A DNA stretch of 32,000 nt, from contig NZ_CP047931.1 in assembly GCF_014280175.1 (NCBI RefSeq), forward strand, positions 1,320,001 to 1,352,000. Direction: 5' to 3'. The stretch comes from Synechococcus sp. A15-28 (GTDB taxonomy: Bacteria; Cyanobacteriota; Cyanobacteriia; PCC-6307; Cyanobiaceae). Position numbers and translations under genes: made by a program. Under the pieces are notes generated by a model. It was not told the DNA's origin and did not search any database. It was given only the letters and a program-made list of their open reading frames with translations. Shown piece by piece: positions 9,223-18,320 of this stretch; positions within the stretch are counted from its first letter, which is position 1; every line of letters begins with the position of its first letter.

Positions 9223-9564
9223 GTGAACCGATTGATCGCCACCGCTGCAGCGGTCCTGATCCTGTTCACATCATTCATCAACAGCGCTCTTGCCGGTGAG
9301 ATCCCCGGCGAGGGCGCTGTTTTGTTTGGCCAGCACTGCGCAGGCTGCCATGTGAACGGCGGCAATATCATTCGCCGTGGCAAGAACCTCAAGCTGGCCA
9401 CCCTGCAACGCCAAGGACTGGATTCCACAGAGGCCATCGCCAACATTGCCCGGAATGGCATCGGCCAGATGAGCGGCTACAGCGACAAGCTCGGTGAAGG
9501 TGGTGATCAATTGGTGGCAGCCTGGATTCTCGAGCAGGCTCAGAATGCCTGGACCCAGGGATAG
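9223..9564 (+). CDS. Cytochrome c6-like c-type cytochrome (probably the c6B/c6C group)
   Basis: Signal peptide (AAAVLILFTSFINSALA), haem-binding CAGCH, a candidate distal Met in GIGQMSGY, and c6-like length. GTG start. Confidence 0.8.
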   Translation: MNRLIATAAAVLILFTSFINSALAGEIPGEGAVLFGQHCAGCHVNGGNIIRRGKNLKLATLQRQGLDSTEAIANIARNGIGQMSGYSDKLGEGGDQLVAAWILEQAQNAWTQG

Positions 9565-9809
9565 ACCTCAAGCGCCGTCCAGATTCCCTGTTTCCAATAA
9601 ATGTCGTCCTCCACAAGCTGACGGACGGTGCCCATCGTGTCGGCTTCGAAAATACCGAACACATGTGTGCTCCCTTCCGTTGGCCCCAGGGTGATCAGCA
9701 CACCCTCGTCCTTAAGTGATTGCAGTCGCGACAAGTGTTCCTGCCGAAATGGCACACGTTTTTCAAGCGCATCGGCGCTGTATGTCCCCCACAGAACAAA
9801 ACGAGCCAT
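9540..9809 (-). CDS. YciI-like protein (89 aa)
   Basis: MARFVLWGTY...RQEHLSRL...VEDDIYWKQGIW fits the YciI family pattern. ATG at 9807-9809. The longer ORF-track version (to 9962) would run into the divergent abrB-like gene. The 3' end overlaps the c6-like gene by 25 nt. Confidence 0.62.
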   Translation of the reverse strand: MARFVLWGTYSADALEKRVPFRQEHLSRLQSLKDEGVLITLGPTEGSTHVFGIFEADTMGTVRQLVEDDIYWKQGIWTALEVYPWVQAF

Positions 9810-9906
9810 GGCAATTGGTGACGTCAGAGAGAATTTTTCCGAGAAAAGGATGGCACGAGGGGATGACCAAACGCTATGTTGTGTACGTTGATCACTTTCA
9901 AAACCA

Positions 9907-10278
9907 ATGCTCACTGGGAGCGACCTTCTCAACAAAGTCAAAGAGCTGGGTGATGTCAGCAAGTCAGATCTGGTTCGCGCCTGTGGCTACGTCTCCAATA
10001 AAAAGGACGGCGGTGATCGTCTGAACTTCACTGCCTTCTACGAATCACTTCTGGAAGCCAAAGGTGTCAGCCTTGGCACCACCGGCATCGGTGGCGTCGG
10101 CAAAGGCGGCCGCAAGCTGAGCTACATCGCCACAGTTCAAGGGAATGGAAATCTGCTGATCGGCAAGGCCTACACAGCTCTTTTGGACCTCAAACCCGGC
10201 GATGAGTTCGAAATCAAACTGGGTCGCAAACAGATCCGTTTGATGCCTGTCGGTGGCTCTGAAGAAGACGAAGAGTGA
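9907..10278 (+). CDS. Cyanobacterial AbrB-family transcriptional regulator (cyAbrB)
   Basis: N-terminus MLTGSDLLNKVKELGDVSKSDLVRACGY and a C-terminal SpoVT/AbrB-like hairpin LLIGKAYTALLDLKPGDEFEIKLGRKQIRLMPV. This architecture is characteristic of cyAbrB proteins. Confidence 0.8.
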   Translation: MLTGSDLLNKVKELGDVSKSDLVRACGYVSNKKDGGDRLNFTAFYESLLEAKGVSLGTTGIGGVGKGGRKLSYIATVQGNGNLLIGKAYTALLDLKPGDEFEIKLGRKQIRLMPVGGSEEDEE

Positions 10279-10337
10279 TCCTTCGCGGCACTTACAGAAT
10301 CGGTTTGAGACCAGCCCAAAAGTCATGAAACCCCACG

Positions 10338-10363
10338 GCCCTGGCTTGTCCAGGGCTTTTTTT
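10338..10363 (+). terminator. Rho-independent terminator downstream of the abrB-like gene
   Basis: A 7-bp GC-rich stem GCCCTGG/CCAGGGC with loop CTTGT, followed directly by TTTTTTT (10357-10363). Confidence 0.8.
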
Positions 10364-10398
10364 CATGAGAACGCAACGCTGTCATTCTCTGGTTCGGA

Positions 10399-11208
10399 TC
10401 AATCAGCGGCGCTGCGAAGCTCCTTGCAGAAGCGACCGGCTTCCTCAGCAACTTGCCCCTCGCCAGCAGCCGCCATCCGCTTGACCAGCGCACTGCCAAC
10501 AATGGCGCCGTCCGCCCCCCAGCTGCGCACCTGGCACACCTGATCAGCACCAGAGATGCCGAAACCGACAGCCACTGGAGCAGCAGAGGATTGCTTCAGC
10601 TTTTTGACAAGCCCCTCCACTCTGTTTTCCATCTGGGCCCGTTCTCCGGTGACACCCGTCACGCTGACCAGATAAGTGAAACCACGACTGCGTTGACCAA
10701 TCCGCACCATGCGATCAGCAGGGGTCGTGGGTGCAACGAGGAGAACCAGATCCAGTCCCTGTCGTACCGCCAGAGGCGACAGCCGTTCTGCCTCCTCCAA
10801 CGGCAGGTCCGGAACCACAAGCCCAGCGGCTCCGGCCGCTGCAGCGCGTTCACAGAACACCTCCATGCCCACATTCAGCAATGGGTTGGAGTACGTAAAA
10901 AGAATCACAGGAATGGTGAGGCGCCCCTTCAAAGAGCTCAGCATCTCCAACACGTTCCCCGGCGTTGTTCCGGCAGCAAGGGCTCTTGATGCAGCGGCCT
11001 GAATGACGGGACCATCCGCCAGAGGATCGCTGTAAGGCATGCCCAACTCCACCATGTCGGCCCCAGCCGCCTGCAGGCTCAGCAGGACCTCAGAGGTTGT
11101 TACCAGATCTGGGTCGCCAGCCATCAGAAATGGCATCAGGGCCAGACGCTTCTCCTGCTTGAGCTGCTCAAAACGCTGAGCGATGGGTGACAACTTCTGG
11201 CTCGACAT
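10399..11208 (-). CDS. trpA: Tryptophan synthase alpha chain
   Basis: Canonical blocks [53 protein letters not shown] and VAVGFGIS. Confidence 0.95.
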   Translation of the reverse strand: MSSQKLSPIAQRFEQLKQEKRLALMPFLMAGDPDLVTTSEVLLSLQAAGADMVELGMPYSDPLADGPVIQAAASRALAAGTTPGNVLEMLSSLKGRLTIPVILFTYSNPLLNVGMEVFCERAAAAGAAGLVVPDLPLEEAERLSPLAVRQGLDLVLLVAPTTPADRMVRIGQRSRGFTYLVSVTGVTGERAQMENRVEGLVKKLKQSSAAPVAVGFGISGADQVCQVRSWGADGAIVGSALVKRMAAAGEGQVAEEAGRFCKELRSAAD

Positions 11209-11243
11209 CGCGACGCGACCGATCGGACTGCAACCCGGTGAGC

Positions 11244-11585
11244 CTATGAGCCAGAGGTCGCTTCAGATTCATCCATGCTGATCTTCTCAAGCAGAGCCTG
11301 TTGTTGCTCCGGAGACAACGCGTCGAACTTTTTCTGGAGGTCATCAGCCTCCTGTTCGTCGTACACCTCCCTGTACCGCCGGCGCTGCTCCATGTAAGTC
11401 ATCTGGCCGGTGACAACGCGGAACAGATAAGACCCCGTCCACACCACCACGATCAACACCAGCAAAGACTGGGCCGCGATTCCGGCCGAAAATCCCTTCA
11501 AGCCGAGGGCATCAAAGCCGACATAGCCCGCTCCACCAAGCAGCAGAACGATCAAACCGATCAGAAGAACCTTGCCCCGGGTCAA
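11244..11585 (-). CDS. DUF3007-family membrane protein
   Basis: Two N-terminal TM helices, then [20 protein letters not shown]. The only start-like codon at the N-terminus is TTG at 11583-11585, 1 nt after the ndhL stop. Confidence 0.6.
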   Translation of the reverse strand: MTRGKVLLIGLIVLLLGGAGYVGFDALGLKGFSAGIAAQSLLVLIVVVWTGSYLFRVVTGQMTYMEQRRRYREVYDEQEADDLQKKFDALSPEQQQALLEKISMDESEATSGS

Positions 11586-11586
11586 C

Positions 11587-11838
11587 TCAGTTCTCTCCCT
11601 GGCCGCTGAGTCGGAAATTCAGAAATGGAGCGAACACCACCATCCCCGGGAAGAAGAGGAACACCAGGCCATAGACGCCAAGCCGCTCCACCTTGCCCAT
11701 CCGCGTCCAGCGGCTGTTCATCCAGAAGAACAGCGCCAGAGGCACCACCATCAGATAAAGCCCGCCAAGAAGGACGTAGGCGAGGATCACCAGGAGGGTG
11801 TCCTGCGGGATCGAGGAAACCAGGGACTGCAGGTCCAA
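11587..11838 (-). CDS. ndhL: NAD(P)H-quinone oxidoreductase (NDH-1) subunit L
   Basis: 83 aa. [54 protein letters not shown] closely matches the NdhL sequences I recall. Confidence 0.78.
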   Translation of the reverse strand: MDLQSLVSSIPQDTLLVILAYVLLGGLYLMVVPLALFFWMNSRWTRMGKVERLGVYGLVFLFFPGMVVFAPFLNFRLSGQGEN

Positions 11839-11878
11839 GATCGAAAATCGAATGGTGGAAATCTAGGATGCTCCTCAA

Positions 11879-11964
11879 GGGGGCATGGCGGAATCGGTAG
11901 ACGCACGCGACTTAAAATCGCTTGGGCTGAAAGGCCTGTGGGGGTTCAAGTCCCCCTGCCCCCA
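11879..11964 (+). tRNA. tRNA-Leu(TAA): tRNA-Leu, anticodon TAA (class II, long variable arm), uninterrupted
   Basis: Acceptor stem GGGGGCA/TGCCCCC, D-arm GCGGAATCGGTAGACGC, anticodon loop CTTAAAA, and T-arm GGGGG-TTCAAGT-CCCCC. The discriminator A is at 11964. CCA is not encoded. Confidence 0.9.
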
Positions 11965-11985
11965 TCCCGCCGACCTGAGACGTGG

Positions 11986-12288
11986 TCAGGCCGCCAGCAG
12001 CTCACTCAGACGGGTGCGGAACTCACCTTTGGGCATGCCGCCCTTGAGTTCTCCGTGGATGCTGAATTCACCGTCCGGATCATTCACCAGCAGATAGGTG
12101 GGCCAGCCCATCCCCTCCTTGTTGGGGTACTGCTTCAGCAGGATCTTGCGATATTTCCTGTAGGCCTCCGTGTCCTGAAGCATCACTGAGACGAAGTCGG
12201 CGCCGAGTTCCTCAGCCACCTTGGCGTCGTAGTGGCTCATCTTGTGGCAGGTGCCGCAATCCTCGGAACTGAACTTGATCACGTGCAT
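11986..12288 (-). CDS. Thioredoxin-fold protein (CxxC = CGTC)
   Basis: 100 aa with [13 protein letters not shown] and WPTYLLV (cis-Pro region), typical of the thioredoxin fold. The ATG overlaps the pyrC 3' end by 10 nt. Confidence 0.7.
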   Translation of the reverse strand: MHVIKFSSEDCGTCHKMSHYDAKVAEELGADFVSVMLQDTEAYRKYRKILLKQYPNKEGMGWPTYLLVNDPDGEFSIHGELKGGMPKGEFRTRLSELLAA

Positions 12289-13310
12289 GGCTGAAGCCTC
12301 CAGGGCAGCGTCTCCCCAGCATGGAAGGGAACCAGTCCGTTCACCAGCTGGGGCACGTGAACAGCAATCTTTTCAAGGGTGACCGTGTCGTTGTTCACCG
12401 GCAGGCCGTAGAAGGCCGGGCCGTTCAGGGAAGCGAACGCTTCGAGGTGATGCATCGCCTCTTCCTCTGCAAAAACCTGGGCATAGCTCTCCAGCGCATG
12501 GGGAGCATTGAAGATGCCAGCACAACCGCAGGAGGTCTCCTTGCCGGCTCTGGGATGCGGGGCGGAATCAGTGCCGAGGAAAAAGCGCGGATCTCCGCTG
12601 GTGGCCGCCCGCCGCAGGGCAAGGCGATGCTGCTCCCGTTTGACCACGGGCAGGCAGTAGAAGTCGCTGCGCAAACCACCGAGGAACATGGCGTTCCGGT
12701 TGATCTGCAGGTGATGGGGGGTGATCGTGGCCGCCAGATTGCGATCTGCAGAGCCCACGTAATCGACGGCCTCTTCAGTGGTGATGTGCTCGAACACCAC
12801 CTTGAGCTCGGGATGACGGGTCCGCAAAGACCTCAGATGCCGCTCGATGAACACCGCTTCCCGGTCGAACACATCGATATCGGCATCCGTCACTTCCCCA
12901 TGGATCAGTAAAGGCATGCCGATGGACTCCATTCGGCTCAGAACACGTGTGATCTGAGCCAGGTCGGTCACACCCGCAGCGGAATTGGTGGTGGCGTTGG
13001 CGGGGTACAGCTTGGCTGCGGTGTAAATCCCCTCCTGGAAGCCCCTCTCCAGATCATCCGGATCTGTGTTGTCGGTGAGATAAGCGGTCATCAACGGCGT
13101 GAAGGCCATCCCCTCAGGACAGGCCGAAAGGATCCGTTCGCGGTAGCGGCGCGCCGCATCCACCGATGTGACAGGCGGCCGCAGGTTGGGCATCACGATG
13201 GCCCGACGAAAACAACGGGCTGTGTGCGCCACAACCTTCTCCAGCATCTCCTCATCCCTGAGGTGGACATGCCAGTCGTCCGGAGCGGTGATCGTGAGCT
13301 GGTCAGCCAT
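12279..13310 (-). CDS. pyrC: Dihydroorotase (E. coli-type)
   Basis: DDWHVHLRD metal-binding histidines, [13 protein letters not shown] (carbamylated Lys region), LLIHGE, FEHITT and GTDSAPH. Confidence 0.9.
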   Translation of the reverse strand: MADQLTITAPDDWHVHLRDEEMLEKVVAHTARCFRRAIVMPNLRPPVTSVDAARRYRERILSACPEGMAFTPLMTAYLTDNTDPDDLERGFQEGIYTAAKLYPANATTNSAAGVTDLAQITRVLSRMESIGMPLLIHGEVTDADIDVFDREAVFIERHLRSLRTRHPELKVVFEHITTEEAVDYVGSADRNLAATITPHHLQINRNAMFLGGLRSDFYCLPVVKREQHRLALRRAATSGDPRFFLGTDSAPHPRAGKETSCGCAGIFNAPHALESYAQVFAEEEAMHHLEAFASLNGPAFYGLPVNNDTVTLEKIAVHVPQLVNGLVPFHAGETLPWRLQPCT

Positions 13311-14967
13311 GGCCGGGAAGACCGTCCACCGCCAGGCGCAGAGCCGACAGGCGATCAGAGGTGAGATGACTCTCCGGCAGGCGGTCCAGAAGCTTCAGCT
13401 TGCGGAGACGGTTCTCGGTGCTGCCGGAAACGCCCACCATGAACACATCGCGCCCCACTTCCATCGCCTCCTTCACAGCATTCTCCAGCGCGATCGCAGC
13501 GGTCACCCCCAGATGGGACACCTCAGAGAGGTCAAACACCACGGCCTGGCAGTTCCCGATTGCGTTGTGCTCCCGGGAGATCGCCTTGGCGACACCGAAG
13601 ATCATCGGACCAGCCAACTGGAACAGCAGCACCATGCCGGAGGCTCGATCCAGCAGCTGCTGCTCCTCCTCATTGAGCTCCACATCGTCATCGGTGGTGC
13701 TGATGGTCTTCACCTTTCTCGACTGAAGCGTGCTCATCCGATCAATGGTGAGCACGTTGGCCACGAACACCCCGATTCCCACGGCCGTGATCAGATCCAC
13801 CAGCACGGTCAGAGCGATTACGCCATAGGTGATCACCGCTGCTTTCACCGACAGGTGATGAGCCCGCTGGAGAAAATCCCAGTCGATGATGTCAATACCC
13901 ACCTTCACAGCGATACCAGCGAGCACCGCCAGGGGGATGCGTGAGGCCAACGGTGCTGCCAGAAGCACCACCAGCATCAGCACCATGGCCCGGACAATGC
14001 CCGATAGCGCTGTTCGTCCGCCGGACTGAATGTTCACCACCGTGCCCATGGTGGCTCCAGCACCGGGCATCGCCCCAAACAGGCCGGACACCACATTGGC
14101 CAGCCCCTGACCGATCAACTCTTTGTTGGAGTTGTGTTCGGTGCGGGTCAGGCTGTCGGCCACCACGGAGGTCAGCAGCGCATCAATGCAGCCGAGCATG
14201 CCCAGCACAGCGGCATCGATCACCATCAGACGAAGCTGATCGCTGGAGAAGGTCGGCAGCTGAAAGGTGGGGAAGGCGGCGGAAAACTCAGGAATCGTGC
14301 GAAGCCCGAACCCGCTGAACAGGGTCAGAGCCAACAGCGTGCCCACCACAAGAGCCAGCAACTGCGGCGGGCACACTTTTTTCACCGCTGAAGGCGTGAA
14401 CCACAGAATGGCCAGGGTGATCACAGCCAGCAGGAGCTCCATGGGCTGGATTCCCTGCATCAAGGCAGGAATCGCCTCAAGCGTTCCTATCACCCCTCCC
14501 TTGGGAGTGGCTTGTCCCAGAAACGGCCCCAGCTGCAACAACACCAGGATGATGCCGATGCCGGACATGAAGCCCGAGATCACCGTGTAGGGCATCATCG
14601 TTACGTAACGCCCCAGTCGGAACAGGCCAAACAGGATCTGGAAAATCCCGGCCAGAACGCCGACGCTGAAGGCCATCGCCAAGGCCTGCTCCGGGCTGTC
14701 GGCTGTGGCGGTGAAACTGATGATCACCGAGGTGAACACCACGGTCATCGGGCCTGTGGGCTCCGAAATCAGCGTGGGGGTTCCACCAAACAGAGATGCC
14801 ACCAGTCCGATGATCACCGCACCCCAGAGACCAGCGGCAGCACCGGCACCGGAGGCGATTCCGAAGGCCAACGCCATCGGCAGAGCAATCACGGCAGCTG
14901 TGAGTCCGCCGAACACATCCCCCTTCAGGTTTGTGGCGTTGATGCGGTTCAGCACGATCCGGCTCAT
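13303..14967 (-). CDS. bicA: SulP-family anion transporter with C-terminal STAS domain, BicA-type bicarbonate transporter
   Basis: [77 protein letters not shown] and the STAS tail closely follow the BicA sequence as I recall it. ATG at 14965-14967 (the ORF-track TTG lies two codons upstream). The stop overlaps the pyrC start by 8 nt. Confidence 0.8.
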   Translation of the reverse strand: MSRIVLNRINATNLKGDVFGGLTAAVIALPMALAFGIASGAGAAAGLWGAVIIGLVASLFGGTPTLISEPTGPMTVVFTSVIISFTATADSPEQALAMAFSVGVLAGIFQILFGLFRLGRYVTMMPYTVISGFMSGIGIILVLLQLGPFLGQATPKGGVIGTLEAIPALMQGIQPMELLLAVITLAILWFTPSAVKKVCPPQLLALVVGTLLALTLFSGFGLRTIPEFSAAFPTFQLPTFSSDQLRLMVIDAAVLGMLGCIDALLTSVVADSLTRTEHNSNKELIGQGLANVVSGLFGAMPGAGATMGTVVNIQSGGRTALSGIVRAMVLMLVVLLAAPLASRIPLAVLAGIAVKVGIDIIDWDFLQRAHHLSVKAAVITYGVIALTVLVDLITAVGIGVFVANVLTIDRMSTLQSRKVKTISTTDDDVELNEEEQQLLDRASGMVLLFQLAGPMIFGVAKAISREHNAIGNCQAVVFDLSEVSHLGVTAAIALENAVKEAMEVGRDVFMVGVSGSTENRLRKLKLLDRLPESHLTSDRLSALRLAVDGLPGHG

Positions 14968-15036
14968 CGTCAAGGGTTGCGACCTTAGGCGGCTTCTCAG
15001 CGTAGCAGAATCCTGGGAGAAGACGACCTCGCTTTG

Positions 15037-16146
15037 ATGCCTGAGCTGCCTCCTTTTCTCTTCTACAGCCTCGAGGTGATCGGAGGGATCCTGCTGCTGT
15101 TTCTTGGAGGAGACCAGTTCGTCAAAGGGTCGGTGACAATCGCCACCTTGTGCCGGATCCCGCAGCTTGTGATCGGCCTCACCGTTGTTGCCTTCGGCAC
15201 AAGCGCCCCGGAGCTGTTTGTCAGTGTCAGCTCAATCCTGCAGAACGCAGACGATCTTGCCGTTGGCAACGTCGTAGGGAGCAACATTTTCAACATTCTG
15301 GTCGTCTTGGGCTGTTCGGCCCTGGTCTTTCCTCTGCGCGTCGAGAACCGACTTGTGCGTCGCGACGTGCCGGTTCTGTTGGCCATTTCTTCTGCAGCCT
15401 GGGGGATGGCTTCCGCCGGTCGGATGACATGGCAAGCGGGCGTGGCCTTGCTGATCGGCTTGATCATCAACACCGTCTGGGAAATCCGAACTGCCCGGGA
15501 AGACCACCAAGAGACTGATGGAACATCAGATCTTGAACGGACACGCTCAGGGTTCAACCGGCGTTTGACGATCGCGCTGCTTCAGCTCGCCGTCGGCATC
15601 ACTTTGCTGGTTCTGGGCTCGAAAACGCTGGTCAGCGGAGCCAGCTCCGCAGCGGCATTTCTGAATGTGCCCACTGCTGTGATCGGATTGACGATCGTCG
15701 CCACGGGCACATCCACGCCGGAACTGATCACCTCGGTCGTGGCAACCCTGAAGGGGAAGACCGACCTCGCCGTCGGCAATGTCGTTGGTAGTTGTCTGCT
15801 CAATCTTTTGATGGTTCTGGGAGGCTGCGCGGCTATCAGCGGTGAAGCCGGGCTTCAAGTCACGGGGGAACTGATTTCCGAAGATTTGCCGGTCATGATG
15901 ATCGCCACCCTGGTCTGTTTGCCGATTTTCTGGTCACGGCGCAGCATCTCCAGGATTGAAGGGGGGATTCTGCTGACCGCTTACATCCTTTACTTAACTG
16001 ACAACGTCCTGCCGAGGACAGCTCTTGCGTCATGGCAGGACGAATTCCGTCTGGCAACGCTCTGCGTGGCCATGCCAATCCTCGTGATCGTGGTCGTCAC
16101 GCAAGTGCTGATTCACATGCGCTTCACAGGGTCGGAACAATCCTGA
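15037..16146 (+). CDS. CaCA-family Na+/Ca2+ exchanger (YrbG-like)
   Basis: Two alpha-repeats, GTSAPELFVS...GNVVGSNIFNIL and GTSTPELITS...GNVVGSCLLNLL, with about 10 TM helices. ATG at 15037. Confidence 0.85.
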   Translation: MPELPPFLFYSLEVIGGILLLFLGGDQFVKGSVTIATLCRIPQLVIGLTVVAFGTSAPELFVSVSSILQNADDLAVGNVVGSNIFNILVVLGCSALVFPLRVENRLVRRDVPVLLAISSAAWGMASAGRMTWQAGVALLIGLIINTVWEIRTAREDHQETDGTSDLERTRSGFNRRLTIALLQLAVGITLLVLGSKTLVSGASSAAAFLNVPTAVIGLTIVATGTSTPELITSVVATLKGKTDLAVGNVVGSCLLNLLMVLGGCAAISGEAGLQVTGELISEDLPVMMIATLVCLPIFWSRRSISRIEGGILLTAYILYLTDNVLPRTALASWQDEFRLATLCVAMPILVIVVVTQVLIHMRFTGSEQS

Positions 16147-16267
16147 TCGTCATCCACAACACATGGAAGCGTGAGGCGTGAGACGGATGGAGTTGTGTTT
16201 CCTCATGAGGGGATGACCGTCTGATTTTCTCTGTTCATCCTTGGGTCGCGTGCCGCTCGGCTTGCCG

Positions 16268-16768
16268 ATGCTCGAGCTTCTTCCCCCTCTCAACGACAAG
16301 AACCTCCCCTGGCTCGACGTCATCCATCCGATCGTCGTGCATTTCGTCATCTCGATGGCGCTGATCACCGTCGTCTTCGATCTGATCGGAGTGCTCACCA
16401 GGAAGAAGAACCTGTTTGAGGTCAGCTTCTGGAATCTGATCGTCGCCACCGTGGCGATCTTCGTGGCCATCATCTTTGGCCAGGTGGAGGCCGGGCTCGC
16501 CAACCCCTACGGAGCCTCGCGAGATATCCTCAATTACCACAGCACCATTGGTTGGTCCCTGGCCGGCGTGTTGGCACTGCTCACCGGCTGGCGCTACGTC
16601 GCCCGTCAGAAAGACCCCAACATTCTTCCGAAGGGGTTCCTGGCCATCGACTTCGTCTTGGCCGGTCTGGTCTTCGCCCAGGTGTATCTGGGCGACAAGC
16701 TCGTCTGGGTCTACGGCCTGCACACGGTTCCGGTGGTGGAAGCGATCCGTGAAGGGGTGCTGTCATGA
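16268..16768 (+). CDS. DUF2231-family membrane protein, paralogue A (4 TM)
   Basis: The HPIVVHF motif at the start of TM1 is typical of DUF2231. First ATG is at 16268 (the ORF-track start at 16241 is TTG). The stop overlaps the next start in ATGA (16765-16768). Confidence 0.65.
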   Translation: MLELLPPLNDKNLPWLDVIHPIVVHFVISMALITVVFDLIGVLTRKKNLFEVSFWNLIVATVAIFVAIIFGQVEAGLANPYGASRDILNYHSTIGWSLAGVLALLTGWRYVARQKDPNILPKGFLAIDFVLAGLVFAQVYLGDKLVWVYGLHTVPVVEAIREGVLS

Positions 16769-17385
16769 GCCTGATTGCCGCGATTGCATCGCCGATCAAC
16801 GACATCGCCGACTCCCTGGGAGCCAACGATCTTCCCTACGCGATTCCCCTGCACCCCAACCTGGTGCATCTCACCATCGGCCTGTTCGCGATCGGGATCG
16901 CCTTCGACTTCGCTGGTGCGTTCTACCCCTTGGAGAAACGGCTCTTCCGCTTTCTCGCCCTGCCTGTGACCCGCAGCGGTTTCCATGATGTGGGCTGGTA
17001 CAACCTGGTGGCCTGCAGCGGGATCACCTTCTTCACGGTGGCCGCAGGCTTCTACGAAATGCTGTTGGCGGTGCCGCTGCCGGGCATCCGCAGCATCCTC
17101 GGCCAGACCGCCATCGACACCATGCTCTGGCATGCCATTGGTGGGGTTGCCATTCTGCTGGTGATCGTCGCCATGACCGTCTGGCGCGGCTACCAACGCT
17201 TCGTCTGGCGCAAGGACATGGGCCGCCAGGTGACCTGGCTGTACCTGCTTTGCGGTGCCTCGATGCTGATGGTGATGGGCCTGCATGGAAGCCTGGGCGC
17301 CTGGCTCGCCAGCGATTTCGGTGTTCACATCACCGCCGACCAACTGCTGGCCGCCGGTGCCGATCTCAATGAGGTGCTGCCATGA
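16765..17385 (+). CDS. DUF2231-family membrane protein, paralogue B (4 TM)
   Basis: LPYAIPLHPNLVHL aligns with LPWLDVIHPIVVHF of paralogue A. The stop overlaps the ctaCII start in ATGA (17382-17385). Confidence 0.65.
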   Translation: MSLIAAIASPINDIADSLGANDLPYAIPLHPNLVHLTIGLFAIGIAFDFAGAFYPLEKRLFRFLALPVTRSGFHDVGWYNLVACSGITFFTVAAGFYEMLLAVPLPGIRSILGQTAIDTMLWHAIGGVAILLVIVAMTVWRGYQRFVWRKDMGRQVTWLYLLCGASMLMVMGLHGSLGAWLASDFGVHITADQLLAAGADLNEVLP

Positions 17386-18317
17386 CCACCACTGCTCCCA
17401 AGAACAGCCCGAACATCGGCGCCATTGTGATCATCACGATCGCAGTAGCAATCAATCTGGTGATCGCCAAATTGATGGCGACATGGTCCTACAGCTGGTT
17501 CCCGCCGCAGGCCTCTTCGGCGGCGCCCTACGTCGACGATCTGTTCGCATTGGAAACCGGCATCGGCTCCTTCATCTTCTTCGGCTGCACCGGAGTGATG
17601 GGTTGGGTGCTGTTGTTCAACCGCGCTGGTAAGTACGACGAAAGCGATGGTGCGCCGATTGAAGGCAACACCAAACTGGAAATCATCTGGACGATCATCC
17701 CGCTGGTGACGGTCTTCGTGATCGCCGCTTACACGATGAACGTCAACATGAAGCTTCAGAACCTCGGTCCGAAGCACAAATACACCATCGGCACTGATCC
17801 AACAGCACTGATGGAGGCCGATCCCATCGCAGACGTGGGTCCGATCGATGTGATTGCGCGCCAATGGAGCTGGGAATTTGTTTACCCGAACGGCGTGCGC
17901 AGCTCAGAGCTGCATCTGCCGGTTGATCAACGGGTCAATTTCCGATTGATCTCGGAGGACGTTCTGCACAGTTTCTTCGTGCCTGCCTTCCGACTGAAGC
18001 AGGACATTATCCCCGGCAGCATCATTTCCTACAGCCTCACGCCCACCAAAGAAGGGCGATTCCGTTTGCGAGACGCCATGTTCAGCGGTGCCTACTTCTC
18101 ACAGAACCAGACCGACGTCATCGTCGAATCCGATGAGGCCTACGCCAACTGGCTGAAGACAACCGCCAAGCAACCGCTGCAGCCCGGCCTCGATCCCGGC
18201 AGACCGCTCTACGACCGCCGCATCGCCCGCGGCGATAAAGGATGGGCCACGGTGCCGCCTGCACCGCCCCCGATGGTGAACGACCCCGGCGATCCCTCCA
18301 TCCCCCACGACGCCTGA
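17382..18317 (+). CDS. ctaCII: Haem-copper oxidase subunit II lacking the CuA site (ARTO-type)
   Basis: Two N-terminal TM helices and a cupredoxin domain with DVLHSFFVPAFRLKQDIIPG. The expected C-x-E-x-C-G-x-x-H-x-x-M motif reads DAMFSGAYFSQN instead. Confidence 0.85.
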   Translation: MTTTAPKNSPNIGAIVIITIAVAINLVIAKLMATWSYSWFPPQASSAAPYVDDLFALETGIGSFIFFGCTGVMGWVLLFNRAGKYDESDGAPIEGNTKLEIIWTIIPLVTVFVIAAYTMNVNMKLQNLGPKHKYTIGTDPTALMEADPIADVGPIDVIARQWSWEFVYPNGVRSSELHLPVDQRVNFRLISEDVLHSFFVPAFRLKQDIIPGSIISYSLTPTKEGRFRLRDAMFSGAYFSQNQTDVIVESDEAYANWLKTTAKQPLQPGLDPGRPLYDRRIARGDKGWATVPPAPPPMVNDPGDPSIPHDA

Positions 18318-18320
18318 GCC

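Noticed and set aside
9819-9826. TGACGTCA palindrome and a TTTTC-N3-GAAAA inverted repeat in the YciI-like/cyAbrB divergent region
   Set aside because: These are short motifs compatible with chance, and I can match them to no known cyanobacterial regulator consensus (for example NtcA, GTA-N8-TAC).
11879-11964. Possible group I intron in tRNA-Leu(UAA), a classic cyanobacterial feature
   Set aside because: The gene folds as a continuous 86-nt class II tRNA with an intact CTTAAAA anticodon loop, so no insertion is present. No integrase or island flanks the tRNA either; its neighbours are ndhL and a thioredoxin-fold gene.
16201-16210. 10-bp perfect palindrome CCTCATGAGG about 58 nt upstream of the oxidase operon, with a 9-codon uORF at 16187-16216
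   Set aside because: By my rough estimate, 5-bp-arm palindromes are expected tens of times per 32 kb at this base composition, so this one is not significant alone. It is worth revisiting only if conserved upstream of orthologous operons.
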